32,000 bases of DNA from Idiomarina loihiensis L2TR (GCF_000008465.1 NC_006512.1:1-32000); one strand, 5' to 3'. Shown: positions 1 through 14,533, counted from the first letter of the stretch. The notes: a model not told the origin generated them from the sequence alone. Translations and numbers: made by a program.

Positions 1-112
1 AATAAGTTGAAACCAAACGTGAACGGAATTTTTTAGAGCGCGGATCTTACCGATCTTTTCTCGTTGAGTCAATGACCAGAGGCTTTTTTAGGCAATAAAT
101 CCTAAAATAATA

Positions 113-121
113 TCATCCACA
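113..121 (+). promoter_or_regulatory. DnaA box, 8/9 match (TCATCCACA vs TTATNCACA)
   Basis: Read directly. Lies in an AT-rich tract about 240 bp upstream of the dnaA start, in inverted orientation to the perfect box at 148-156. Confidence 0.5.
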
Positions 122-147
122 ATCTGTTGAGATTATAACATTAATAA

Positions 148-156
148 TGTGGATAA
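148..156 (-). promoter_or_regulatory. DnaA box, perfect (TGTGGATAA, reverse complement of TTATCCACA)
   Basis: Exact 9-mer consensus read on the minus strand upstream of dnaA. This fits the known autoregulation of dnaA promoters. Confidence 0.7.
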
Positions 157-164
157 AATAACAG

Positions 165-173
165 TTATTCACT
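165..173 (+). promoter_or_regulatory. DnaA box, 8/9 match (TTATTCACT)
   Basis: One mismatch, at the last position. Clusters with the two other boxes within 60 bp. Confidence 0.4.
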
Positions 174-265
174 ATTTGCTTTGTTTTCATGTTTTAGGGG
201 AATATAGACTTTTAAGCAATTTATGCGCCAGTTTTGGTTTCAATGGCTATTTTTTAACTCCTTTA

Positions 266-293
266 TTGACGCTGTTTTCAGGCAGTTTATGCT
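266..293 (+). promoter_or_regulatory. Candidate sigma70 promoter for dnaA (TTGACG, 16-nt spacer, TATGCT)
   Basis: The -35 element TTGACG is at 266-271 and the -10 element TATGCT is at 288-293. This would give a leader of about 60 nt before the GTG at 362. Sequence inspection only. Confidence 0.35.
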
Positions 294-361
294 AGCGAAT
301 ATTAGCTGAGTGAAGTACAATCTTTGGTTATGTTTATAAAGAAACGATCCAGGAGAAGAGT

Positions 362-1726
362 GTGAATAATTCGCTTTGGCAACAATGTGCAGAGCGACTG
401 CAATCGGAGTTACCGTTACAGCAGTTCAACACGTGGATCAGACCCCTACAAGCCAAACTCAATGGCGAAACATTAACCTTGTTTGCTCCGAATATTTATT
501 CGGTAGACTGGGTGCGTGACAAGTACCTGAAAACCATTAATACCTATTTAGAAGCTTTGTGTGACGACAAAGTACCTAATGTAGTTTTAAAAGTTGGGGA
601 AGCGTCACCAACACAGCGTGACAGCGGTTCACCGCAACGCGCTGCTGCAACCCGCAGAAAAACACCTAACTTCTCATCCGGTAATACCGATGTGGAAGTG
701 CCTTTTGAAAGCAATATTCATCCGGAATACACCTTCGATAACTTTGTTGAGGGTAAATCAAACCAGCTGGCGCGTGCGGCTGCTATTCAGGTAGCAGAGA
801 ATCCTGGCGGCGTTTATAACCCCCTATTTGTTTATGGTGGTACCGGCTTGGGTAAGACTCACCTTTTGCATGCGGTCGGTAATGGCATTATGGCGCACAA
901 AAAGGACGCCAAGGTGTTTTACATTCGGGCCGAACGCTTTGTGCAGGACATGGTGAACTCTATTCGTAACAGTTCAACCAATGAGTTTAAGCGTTACTAT
1001 CGTTCGGTAGATGCGTTATTGATTGATGACATTCACTTCTTTGCGAATAAAAAAGGCTCGCAGGAAGAGTTTTTCCATACCTTTAATGCGTTGTTGGAAG
1101 GTAATCAGCAAATCATTATGACCAGCGATCTTTATCCGAAAGAAATAGACGGAGTTGAAGATCGACTGAAATCTCGTTTTGGCTGGGGCCTTACCATTGC
1201 CATTGAACCCCCGGAATTAGAAACCCGGGTGGCTATTTTAATGCGTAAAGCTGACGAACGTGGCTTACATATGCCACACGAAGTTGCTTTTTTCATAGCT
1301 AAACGTTTGCGTTCAAACGTTCGGGAGCTGGAAGGTGCATTGAACCGGGTTGTGGCTAATGTGCAACTCACAGGACGGCCTATAACTATAGATTTTGTCC
1401 GCGAAGCTTTGCGTGACCTAATTGCCGCTCAGGAAAAATTGGTTACTATTGATAATATTCAGAAGACGGTGGCGGAATACTATAATATTAAGTTAGCCGA
1501 TATTTTATCAAAACGCCGTAGCCGCTCTGTAGCGCGTCCGCGGCAGTTAGCAATGGCCTTAGCTAAGGAACTGACTAATCATAGCTTACCGGAAATAGGC
1601 GACGCGTTCGGCGGTCGGGATCACACAACGGTTTTGCATGCTTGTCGGAAGATACAAGAATTAAAAGATGCGCAGCACGACATTAAAGAAGATTATCGAA
1701 ATCTAATTCGTACATTGTCGTCATAA
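362..1726 (+). CDS. dnaA: Chromosomal replication initiator DnaA
   Basis: 454 aa. GTG start preceded by AGGAGAAG. Walker [11 protein letters not shown], an AAA+ core and the C-terminal DNA-binding signature ([15 protein letters not shown]). Followed by dnaN-recF-gyrB. Confidence 0.98.
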   Translation: MNNSLWQQCAERLQSELPLQQFNTWIRPLQAKLNGETLTLFAPNIYSVDWVRDKYLKTINTYLEALCDDKVPNVVLKVGEASPTQRDSGSPQRAAATRRKTPNFSSGNTDVEVPFESNIHPEYTFDNFVEGKSNQLARAAAIQVAENPGGVYNPLFVYGGTGLGKTHLLHAVGNGIMAHKKDAKVFYIRAERFVQDMVNSIRNSSTNEFKRYYRSVDALLIDDIHFFANKKGSQEEFFHTFNALLEGNQQIIMTSDLYPKEIDGVEDRLKSRFGWGLTIAIEPPELETRVAILMRKADERGLHMPHEVAFFIAKRLRSNVRELEGALNRVVANVQLTGRPITIDFVREALRDLIAAQEKLVTIDNIQKTVAEYYNIKLADILSKRRSRSVARPRQLAMALAKELTNHSLPEIGDAFGGRDHTTVLHACRKIQELKDAQHDIKEDYRNLIRTLSS

Positions 1727-1757
1727 AAGTATGTCGTTATAAACAGGGGACTCAGTC

Positions 1758-2861
1758 ATGAAATTTTCAATTAACCGCGATGCTTTTTTAAAGCCGCTGC
1801 AGGTTGTAAGTGGCGCTGTTGAACGGCGGCATACCTTACCAATTTTGTCGAATTTGTTGCTTCAGGTCGATAATGGTCAGCTTAAATTAACCGGAACAGA
1901 CCTTGAGGTTGAACTGGTTTCGGCTGTACCGCTCGAGTCAGCGGATATGGATGCGGCTGTTACTGTACCGGCCAAGAAGTTGCTGGATATTGTGCGCAGC
2001 TTACCTGAGGGCTCTACCATCGAGTTTACCTCTCAGGAAGACAGTGCCACGGTTAAGTCTGGTCGCAGTAAATTTAAATTGAGTACCCTGTCTTCAGATG
2101 ACTTTCCAAATATCGACGACTGGAAAAGTGACATCCATCTGGTAACAGAGCAGGCAGTATTAAAAGATTTAATGTTGAAAACGCATTTCTCCATGGCGAA
2201 TCAGGACGTGCGCTATTATCTAAACGGCATGTTGTTCGAAACCGATAACGGTATGTTGCGTTCCGTAGCGACCGATGGCCACCGTTTAGCCATGAGCACT
2301 TGTGCTATTGACCAGCCAGGTTTGGCTCAACGCCAGGTGATTGTTCCGCGCAAAGGTGTTGTCGAATTACTTCGCTTGTTAGGTGACGACGATCAGGAAG
2401 TGTCAGTGTCGATAGGAAATAACCATATTCGTGTCGAAACGCCAGAGCTTGTTTTTACGAGTAAGCTGGTAGATGGTCGTTTCCCTGATTACCGTCGTGT
2501 CTTACCGAGCGGTGGAGACAAAGTTATTGTTGCCCATCGCGATGCGTTGCGGCAGTCCTTTGGGCGAGCATCAATTCTTTCTAATGAAAAGTTTCGCGGT
2601 GTGCGTTTAAACTTGAGTAGTGGTGAACTTTGCATTACGGCAACGAACCCCGAGCAGGAACAAGCGGAAGAAGTCATAGAAGTGGATTATCAAGGTGATG
2701 ATCTGGAAATTGGTTTCAACGTTAGCTATTTGCTCGATGTCTTGAATAACATTGATGACGAACAGGTTTCTTTTACACTGTCTGATTCAAACAGTAGTGC
2801 ATTAATTGAACCTCAGCACGACGAGTCTTGCTGTTACGTTATTATGCCGATGCGTTTGTAA
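1758..2861 (+). CDS. dnaN: DNA polymerase III beta sliding clamp
   Basis: 367 aa. N-terminus MKFSINRDAFLKPLQ and C-terminus IMPMRL are typical of beta clamps. RBS AGGGGA. Conserved position after dnaA. Confidence 0.97.
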   Translation: MKFSINRDAFLKPLQVVSGAVERRHTLPILSNLLLQVDNGQLKLTGTDLEVELVSAVPLESADMDAAVTVPAKKLLDIVRSLPEGSTIEFTSQEDSATVKSGRSKFKLSTLSSDDFPNIDDWKSDIHLVTEQAVLKDLMLKTHFSMANQDVRYYLNGMLFETDNGMLRSVATDGHRLAMSTCAIDQPGLAQRQVIVPRKGVVELLRLLGDDDQEVSVSIGNNHIRVETPELVFTSKLVDGRFPDYRRVLPSGGDKVIVAHRDALRQSFGRASILSNEKFRGVRLNLSSGELCITATNPEQEQAEEVIEVDYQGDDLEIGFNVSYLLDVLNNIDDEQVSFTLSDSNSSALIEPQHDESCCYVIMPMRL

Positions 2862-2873
2862 CCTGCCTCATAA

Positions 2874-3938
2874 ATGTTCATTGAGACGTTGAATTTAAGC
2901 CACTTCCGAAATTTTTCAGAGGTGGCTCTATCTCCCAGCCCCAAAATTAATATCATAACCGGCGATAATGGCTCCGGAAAAACCAGTTTGCTTGAAGCTA
3001 TCTATTTACTCGGTTTTGGACGTTCTTTTCGGCCGGGAGGGTTTCGTCAGTTGATTAAAGAAGGGAACTCTGGTTTCACCGTATTTTGCCGTTCCCAAGA
3101 TTACGCTATAGGTGTAAGACGTAGTACCGATGGTGAACAGTCGCTTAGGTTGAATGGCGCCAACGTTCAACGCATGTCAGATGTCGCCCGCTTGGTACCG
3201 GTACAACTCTTAACGCCAGAGTCCGTCGATATTCTGCTGGAAGGTCCAGGACAGAGAAGACAGTTTATAGATTGGGGAGTGTTCCACGTGGAACACTCCT
3301 TTTATTCTGACTGGGTTGCATATACTCAACTCCTGAAGCAAAGAAACAGCTTACTCAAGCAACGCTCGCTTCCTGTAAGAGAAGATAGGTATTGGAAAGA
3401 GCAGTTAGCTTATTATGGTGAGCGCATTAGTAAAAGTCGCGAAAAATACCTAGAAGAACTGAATGATTATATACAAGAACTAGCGAAATCTTTTCTCTCC
3501 GATGTTACAATGGAGGTTCGATTAAAATCGGGCTGGGATACTAGCCAAAGCTTATTTGACGCCTTAGAAAGCCATACAGAGAAAGATAAGAAATACGGCT
3601 TTACCTCAGTTGGGGCACATAAGGCAGATATAAAAGTGATAGCGGATGGGGTGGAAGTAAAACATCGCCTGTCTCGCGGGCAATTAAAGACCGCGATTAC
3701 CGCTTTAAAGTTAGCGCAAGGGAAGCATTACCAAAAAATAAAAAGGCAACCCTGCATTTATTTAGTCGATGATTTAACGTCAGAGCTTGATTCAAAAAAT
3801 CAGGCGTTACTCTGTCGTGAGTTAGAAAATCTAGACGCACAAGTGTTTATCACCGCAATTACTGGAAAGCAGTTGTCGGATAAATTTCAAAAATCACCCC
3901 GAATGTTCCACGTGGAACATGGGGTAATAAACGAATGA
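2874..3938 (+). CDS. recF: DNA replication and repair protein RecF
   Basis: 354 aa. Walker A GDNGSGKTSLLEA, ABC-type signature LSRGQLK and Walker B IYLVDD. Sits between dnaN and gyrB. Confidence 0.97.
   Translation: MFIETLNLSHFRNFSEVALSPSPKINIITGDNGSGKTSLLEAIYLLGFGRSFRPGGFRQLIKEGNSGFTVFCRSQDYAIGVRRSTDGEQSLRLNGANVQRMSDVARLVPVQLLTPESVDILLEGPGQRRQFIDWGVFHVEHSFYSDWVAYTQLLKQRNSLLKQRSLPVREDRYWKEQLAYYGERISKSREKYLEELNDYIQELAKSFLSDVTMEVRLKSGWDTSQSLFDALESHTEKDKKYGFTSVGAHKADIKVIADGVEVKHRLSRGQLKTAITALKLAQGKHYQKIKRQPCIYLVDDLTSELDSKNQALLCRELENLDAQVFITAITGKQLSDKFQKSPRMFHVEHGVINE
3280..3295. promoter_or_regulatory. parS: parS centromere site (ParB/Spo0J binding), perfect palindrome TGTTCCACGTGGAACA
   Basis: Read directly. 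The palindrome extends to 18 bp (GTGTTCCACGTGGAACAC, 3279-3296). It is embedded in recF codons V-F-H-V-E-H. Confidence 0.8.
3904..3919. promoter_or_regulatory. parS: parS centromere site, perfect palindrome TGTTCCACGTGGAACA
   Basis: Read directly. The palindrome extends to 18 bp (ATGTTCCACGTGGAACAT, 3903-3920). It is embedded in the last recF codons M-F-H-V-E-H. Confidence 0.8.
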
Positions 3939-6371
<2,433 letters not shown>

Positions 6372-6404
6372 GCTTAACAGCGACATTAGCAAGCGACAGG
6401 CAAC

Positions 6405-6440
6405 AAAAAAGCCGGCTCATGAAAATGAAGCCGGCTTTTT
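6405..6440. terminator. Bidirectional intrinsic terminator between convergent gyrB and glyS
   Basis: AAGCCGGCT (6409-6417) pairs with AGCCGGCTT (6429-6437) around an 11-nt loop. An A-run lies 5-prime and a T-run 3-prime, so each strand reads as a hairpin followed by a U-tract. Confidence 0.8.
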
Positions 6441-6464
6441 ATTTATTAAAAATCAAAGCGTTAG

Positions 6465-8531
6465 TTACTGAAGCAAAGAAATATCCGCTATTTCTAAGAA
6501 CAGCTGACGCAAGCGGAACAGCAAGTTGAGGCGGTTAATTCGGACTTTATCGTCGTCGGCATTGACCATGACATGCTCAAAAAACGCATCCACAGGCTCT
6601 TTAAGCTCTGATAAATGCGTGAGAGCGTCACTGTATTTACCAGCGGCAATCAGTGGCTTAACAGCGCCTTCCGTTTGTTTAACCAAACGATAAAGTGTTG
6701 TTTCAGACTCTTCCTGTAGAAGAGCTTCATCCACGTTACCGGATATCTCCTCGTCTGATTTTGCCAGAATATTACCTACGCGCTTATTGGCTGCGGCAAG
6801 GCTGGCTGCAGAATCCATAGACTTAAATGACTGAACAGCCTTTACTCTTTGGTCGAAGTCCGTTGGCTTAGAGGGGGAACGGGCAAGTACCGACTGAATA
6901 ACATCGACGGTAATGCCTTGATCCTGATACCAGGGACGAAAACGACCGAGTAGAAAATCGAAAACATCAGTAGCGACAGTGTTATTCGATAGCTTGTCAC
7001 CAAAGCCTTCGACGGATGCCGCTAACAGTTCATGTAAGTCTAATGAAAGCTTACGTTCTACCAGAGTACGCAGCAAACCAAGAGCGGCGCGGCGCAGAGC
7101 GAATGGGTCACGGTCACCTTTAGGTACCTGACCAATACCGAATATACCGACCAGTGTGTCGAGTTTGTCCGCTAAAGCGACGGCACAAGCCTCTTTAGTT
7201 AAAGGCAGTTCGTCACCGGAAAAACGAGGCCAGTAGTGTTGTTCTATTGCTTCAGCAACAACCGGGCTTTCGCCATCGTTCAAGGCATAGTGTTTACCCA
7301 TAACGCCCTGGGTTTCAGGGAACTCAGAAACCATATCGGAAACCAGGTCAGCCTTGCACAGCAAACCTGCTCGTTCTGATGCTTTTACGTCGGCAGTTAA
7401 CTGGTTTGCTATTTTCCCTGCTAACACCGATATACGACGAGCTTTGTCGCCAATACTGCCCAGTTGTTTTTGGAACAGAACAGAGTCCAGCGCAGCAACT
7501 CGTGATTCCAGAGTCACCTTTTTGTCAGACTCAAAGAAAAACTGTGCATCCGCCAGGCGAGGGCGAACGACTTTTTCGTTACCTTTAATGATCTGCTGAG
7601 GGTCACGGCTTTCAATATTGGTAATGAAAATAAACTGTGGCAGTAAGTTACCTTTGCCATCTTCTACCGGAAAGTAACGTTGGTCGTCTTTCATGGTAAC
7701 GATAAGCGGCTCTTTTGGTACCGCGAGGAAACCTTGATCGAAACTGGCTGTTAAAGCTACCGGCCATTCCACCAGGGCTGCAACTTCCTCAACTAACTCG
7801 TCATCCTGAATAACCTGGCCGCCGAGTTCTGAGGCAAGACGTGATACTTCCGACTGAATGGTTTCAATACGCTCTTCGAAGTTAGCGATCACTTTCGCTT
7901 CACGTAGCTTAAATAAGTAGTTGTCGACATGATCGAGCTCAAAACCTTGGGGCGAATGGAAGCGGTGACCTTGAATAAAACGGGCACTCTTAGTTTCCAG
8001 GATTTCAGCGTCAATCAGTTCGCTGCCCAGCATGACGGTTAGCGTGTGCACAGGGCGAATAAATTGCGCGGTGCTGTCACCCCAACGCATCGGTTTCGGA
8101 ATAGGCAGAGCTTTAATTGCTGCTTCCAAGATACCCTGAACTAAGACAGATAGCGCCTGACCTTTTACTGTCGCCTTATGCAGTAACCATTCGCCTTTGT
8201 CTGTTTTAAGCCGGTCAGCCTGCTCTACAGTAATGCCGTTGGAGCGAGCCCAGCCTTCGGCAGCTTTAGTTGGCTTGCCGGTATCGTCAAAGGCCACATT
8301 AATTGCTGGCCCGCGCTTCTCGACTTCTTTGTCCTGCTGTTCGGTTTCAACTTGTTTCACCAGAACGGCTAGTCGGCGAGGGGTTGCATACGCCTCGATG
8401 CTATCAAAACTGAGTTCTGCGTTTTTTAAGCCTGACTCAATACCCGACTTTAAGCTGTCACGCAGCGACTTTAAGGCTTTTGGAGGAAGCTCTTCAGTAC
8501 CTAACTCAATTAATAAGTTTTCTTTTTGCAC
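6465..8531 (-). CDS. glyS: Glycine--tRNA ligase beta subunit
   Basis: 688 aa. N-terminus [20 protein letters not shown] is typical of GlyS. Immediately downstream of glyQ. Confidence 0.97.
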
Positions 8532-8543
8532 GCTCTGCTCTCC

Positions 8544-9464
8544 TTAGTTCGCTGCTGGTTTGTTTTTATCGTCGGCTAAAGGGAAGCCAAGAGCTTCACG
8601 CGTCTGGTAATAGACTTCGGCAACGGCTTTTGCCATGGTTCTGACGCGAAGTATGTAGCGCTGTCTTTCGGTTACAGATATCGCGTGTCTGGCATCGAGC
8701 AGGTTAAATGCGTGAGATGCCCGCATAACCTGCTCGTACGCGGGTAAAGCCAGAGACTTCTCTATTAACAGCTCACATTCTTTTTCGCAGTCGTCGAAGC
8801 GGCGGAACAACACGTCAACATCGGCATATTCAAAGTTGTACGTCGATTGCTCAACTTCGTTCTGATGGAAAACATCCCGATACAAGATTTTACCGCGCGG
8901 GCCGTCGGTCCAGACCAGGTCGTAGATGCTGTCCACGCCCTGAATGTACATAGCTAAACGCTCAAGGCCGTAGGTGATTTCTCCGGCCACGGGACGACAT
9001 TCGATACCGCCTACCTGCTGGAAATAAGTAAACTGAGTGACCTCCATACCGTTAAGCCAGACTTCCCAGCCCAGACCCCAGGCACCCAGAGTAGGCGATT
9101 CCCAGTTGTCTTCTACAAAGCGTATGTCATGAGTCAGTGTGTCAAATCCCAGCATTTCTAAAGACCCCAGATAAAGCTCCTGAATGTCCTTAGGCGATGG
9201 TTTCATAATGACCTGAAACTGATAATAGTGCTGCAGGCGGTTCGGGTTCTCACCATACCGGCCATCGGTCGGGCGGCGGCAGGGTTGCACATAGGCAAAA
9301 CTGGCTGGCTCCGGACCTAATGAGCGCAGAAAGGTCATTGGATGAAAGGTACCCGCACCAACCTCCATATCCAGTGGTTGAACCACGGCACAGCCTTGCT
9401 GAGCCCAGTAATCCTGAAGAGCAAGAATAAGCCCCTGAAAGGTTTTCACATCGTACGTCGACAT
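8544..9464 (-). CDS. glyQ: Glycine--tRNA ligase alpha subunit
   Basis: The track ORF (to 9623) is over-extended. The homologous N-terminus [25 protein letters not shown] begins at the ATG at 9464 (alternative at 9470), giving about 306 aa as in other GlyQ proteins. Confidence 0.95.
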   Translation of the reverse strand: MSTYDVKTFQGLILALQDYWAQQGCAVVQPLDMEVGAGTFHPMTFLRSLGPEPASFAYVQPCRRPTDGRYGENPNRLQHYYQFQVIMKPSPKDIQELYLGSLEMLGFDTLTHDIRFVEDNWESPTLGAWGLGWEVWLNGMEVTQFTYFQQVGGIECRPVAGEITYGLERLAMYIQGVDSIYDLVWTDGPRGKILYRDVFHQNEVEQSTYNFEYADVDVLFRRFDDCEKECELLIEKSLALPAYEQVMRASHAFNLLDARHAISVTERQRYILRVRTMAKAVAEVYYQTREALGFPLADDKNKPAAN

Positions 9465-9519
9465 ACGCATTCTCTGCTTTGTTATTTGTGGTTGACCGAA
9501 GGTCGAAAAATATGCGTAG

Positions 9520-9525
9520 ATTATA
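9520..9525 (-). promoter_or_regulatory. Candidate -10 element (TATAAT) for glyQS
   Basis: Perfect TATAAT on the minus strand about 55 nt upstream of the glyQ ATG. The -35 is weak. A small hairpin, GACC-TTC-GGTC (9494-9504), would lie in the leader. Confidence 0.3.
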
Positions 9526-9557
9526 CCCTCTGAATCGCCTTGGTTATAGGGGAAGGC

Positions 9558-10157
9558 ATGACAAATAATCAGCCAGAACGGTGTTCCTGGTGTGAATCTG
9601 CTGACGACTACCGCGCTTATCATGACAATGTTTGGGGGCGTCCGGTAAGCGACCCGATAGAACTTTTTGCTAAATTGTGTCTGGACGGGCAGCAGGCGGG
9701 ACTCAGTTGGTTAACTATTCTGCGCAAACAGAGTGGTTACGAGAAAGCCTTTTTAGGCTTTGACCCACAAGCTATTGTGGCTATGAGTGACGCTGATCGT
9801 GAATTGTTGTACAGCAACCGTGATATTATCCGTAGCAAGGCCAAAATTGATGCCATTTTTACTAACGCTGAAGCGTATATAAGGTTAGAAGAAAAGGGCG
9901 TTAAGTTTGAGCGGTGGCTGTGGGAGTTTGTAGGTGGCTCACCGATTATTAATGCGTACTCGACGCAAAGTGAGATCCCAACAGAAACAGAAGCTTCCCA
10001 AAGCATGGCAAAAGCGTTAAAAAAGGAAGGCTTTAAGTTTGTCGGACCGACCATTTGCTATGCTTTTATGGAAGCAGTTGGTATGGTGAACGACCATGTT
10101 ACTAGCTGTCATTGCTATCAGCCTGTTGCTGACCAAATGAAACAGTTTACGTTGTAA
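9558..10157 (+). CDS. tag: DNA-3-methyladenine glycosylase I
   Basis: N-terminal [19 protein letters not shown], and a C-terminal VNDH..C pattern like E. coli Tag. I use the ATG at 9558, which has the RBS GGGGAAGG, not the track start at 9540. Confidence 0.93.
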   Translation: MTNNQPERCSWCESADDYRAYHDNVWGRPVSDPIELFAKLCLDGQQAGLSWLTILRKQSGYEKAFLGFDPQAIVAMSDADRELLYSNRDIIRSKAKIDAIFTNAEAYIRLEEKGVKFERWLWEFVGGSPIINAYSTQSEIPTETEASQSMAKALKKEGFKFVGPTICYAFMEAVGMVNDHVTSCHCYQPVADQMKQFTL

Positions 10158-10158
10158 A

Positions 10159-10665
10159 ATGAGCGAAGGAAGAATGATAGAAATTACTCTTGCGGACTAT
10201 AGCAACCCCAAACACCGTAATGCCGTTATTGCTATGTTAGATGCTTATGCCAAAGACCCAATGGGTGGTGGTGAGGGCATATCAGATGACGTTAAAGAAA
10301 GCCTGATAGACGAAATGGCAAAACGAGACCATGTCTTTTCTTTGCTGGCCTACGATGGTGACACTCCGATTGGCGTTGCAAACTGTGTAGAAGGCTTTTC
10401 AACCTTCGCAGCAAAACCGTTAATGAATATTCATGACATAGCCGTCATTCCAGAGTACCGGGGACAGGGCGTTGCGCGTAAACTTCTTGAAGAAGTGAAA
10501 ACACTTGCAGAGTTCCGCGGTTGCGTGAAGCTGACACTGGAAGTGCTTGAGAACAATGACCGGGCGAAAAAAGCCTATGAGAACTTCGGCTTTGCACCTT
10601 ATGAATTAGGTGACGTAGGTCAGGCCGAGTTTTGGGAAATGTACTTGAATAAAGACAAAGCCTGA
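10159..10665 (+). CDS. GNAT family N-acetyltransferase, substrate unknown
   Basis: 168 aa. Acetyl-CoA motif A IAVIPEYRGQGVARKLL. Its start lies 1 nt after the tag stop (TAA-A-ATG). An alternative start at Met6 is possible. Confidence 0.8.
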   Translation: MSEGRMIEITLADYSNPKHRNAVIAMLDAYAKDPMGGGEGISDDVKESLIDEMAKRDHVFSLLAYDGDTPIGVANCVEGFSTFAAKPLMNIHDIAVIPEYRGQGVARKLLEEVKTLAEFRGCVKLTLEVLENNDRAKKAYENFGFAPYELGDVGQAEFWEMYLNKDKA

Positions 10666-10682
10666 CATCTAAGCATCAGGCT
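10659..10682 (-). terminator. Possible terminator hairpin for tusA between convergent genes
   Basis: AGCCTGA (10659-10665) pairs with TCAGGCT (10676-10682) around a 10-nt loop. On the minus strand it is followed by TTGTCTTTATT. The stem overlaps the GNAT stop codon. Confidence 0.35.
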
Positions 10683-10683
10683 A

Positions 10684-10923
10684 TTAATGAGATTTCCTAA
10701 CCCAGTAGCGGTAGGGGATTTCTTCGGTTTCAGAACCAACCAATTCATGCTCCATAAACTCGCAAAAGCCCGGAATATCCCGGGTTGTTGCGGGATCATC
10801 CGCAATAATCAGTAACACCTGACCAACATCCATTTTACGAATAGCCGCACGAACTAACATTACGGGCTCTGGGCATTTAAGGCCTAAGGTATCGAGTTCT
10901 TTGTCGCAGTTAATCTGGGTCAT
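10684..10923 (-). CDS. tusA: Sulfur carrier protein TusA (SirA/YhhP family)
   Basis: [13 protein letters not shown] and [23 protein letters not shown] are near-identical to the E. coli TusA core. I prefer the ATG at 10923. The track start at 10935 is a TTG. Confidence 0.93.
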   Translation of the reverse strand: MTQINCDKELDTLGLKCPEPVMLVRAAIRKMDVGQVLLIIADDPATTRDIPGFCEFMEHELVGSETEEIPYRYWVRKSH

Positions 10924-11023
10924 GACTTCTTTCAAAGATGTTAAGCGAAATTGCCGAGTAGTTTAACACTTTCGCGCTTAATAGGTGAGGGGGAGTGATG
11001 GATTGCGCCGCTGTTTGTTGGCG

Positions 11024-11109
11024 GGAAAGACTCAGAAACTGTCTGCAGCCATGGATGGCTGCAGTCAAGCCCCCAAGAATGGGTTCACGGCGTGTTTCTG
11101 AGTCTTTCC
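11024..11109. repeat. 86-bp core palindrome with a perfect 16-bp stem and an inner 9-bp hairpin
   Basis: GGAAAGACTCAGAAAC (11024-11039) pairs with GTTTCTGAGTCTTTCC (11094-11109). The inner hairpin is CTGCAGCCA-TGGA-TGGCTGCAG (11043-11064). Confidence 0.7.
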
Positions 11110-11115
11110 TGACAA

Positions 11116-11143
11116 TAAAAAGGGGCGAGCCTTCGCTCCCCCC
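11116..11143 (-). terminator. Intrinsic terminator of fadBA
   Basis: The minus strand reads GGGGGAGC-GAAG-GCTCGCCCC followed by TTTTTATTG, about 50 nt after the fadA stop. Confidence 0.75.
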
Positions 11144-11192
11144 TTCCTCTGAGCAGTTAAAGTGTTAAACCGCCCTAATTTTTCTGTTTCTT

Positions 11193-14533
<3,341 letters not shown>

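Larger units (their letters stand above)
10961..11170. repeat. About 210-bp imperfect palindromic intergenic element (MITE/ERIC/REP-like)
   Basis: The outer 12-bp inverted repeat is GTTTAACACTTT (10961-10972) and AAAGTGTTAAAC (11159-11170). The arms 10981-11010 and 11121-11150 match 20/30 as reverse complements. The outer repeat, these arms and the 16-bp repeat are centred within 1 bp of each other, at about 11066. Confidence 0.6.

Noticed and set aside
1-361. Calling the region upstream of dnaA the replication origin oriC
   Set aside because: There are only three DnaA boxes, no recognisable AT-rich 13-mer repeat array, and the window is truncated at coordinate 1. The evidence fits an autoregulated dnaA promoter, and an oriC call cannot be justified from this window alone.
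422-437. Additional CACGTG-containing sequences as extra parS sites, for example TTCAACACGTGGATCA in dnaA and AATCACGTGGTC near 18670
   Set aside because: Each has five or more mismatches to the 16-mer outside the CACGTG core. These are chance E-box hexamers.
10998-11168. 56-codon ORF (MDCAAVCWRERLRNCLQPWMAAV...) spanning the palindromic element between tusA and fadA
   Set aside because: It reads straight through the 16-bp and 9-bp inverted repeats and the fadBA terminator, so its length follows from the palindrome being stop-free. It shows no recognisable motif. It would only be worth revisiting if ribosome profiling shows translation.
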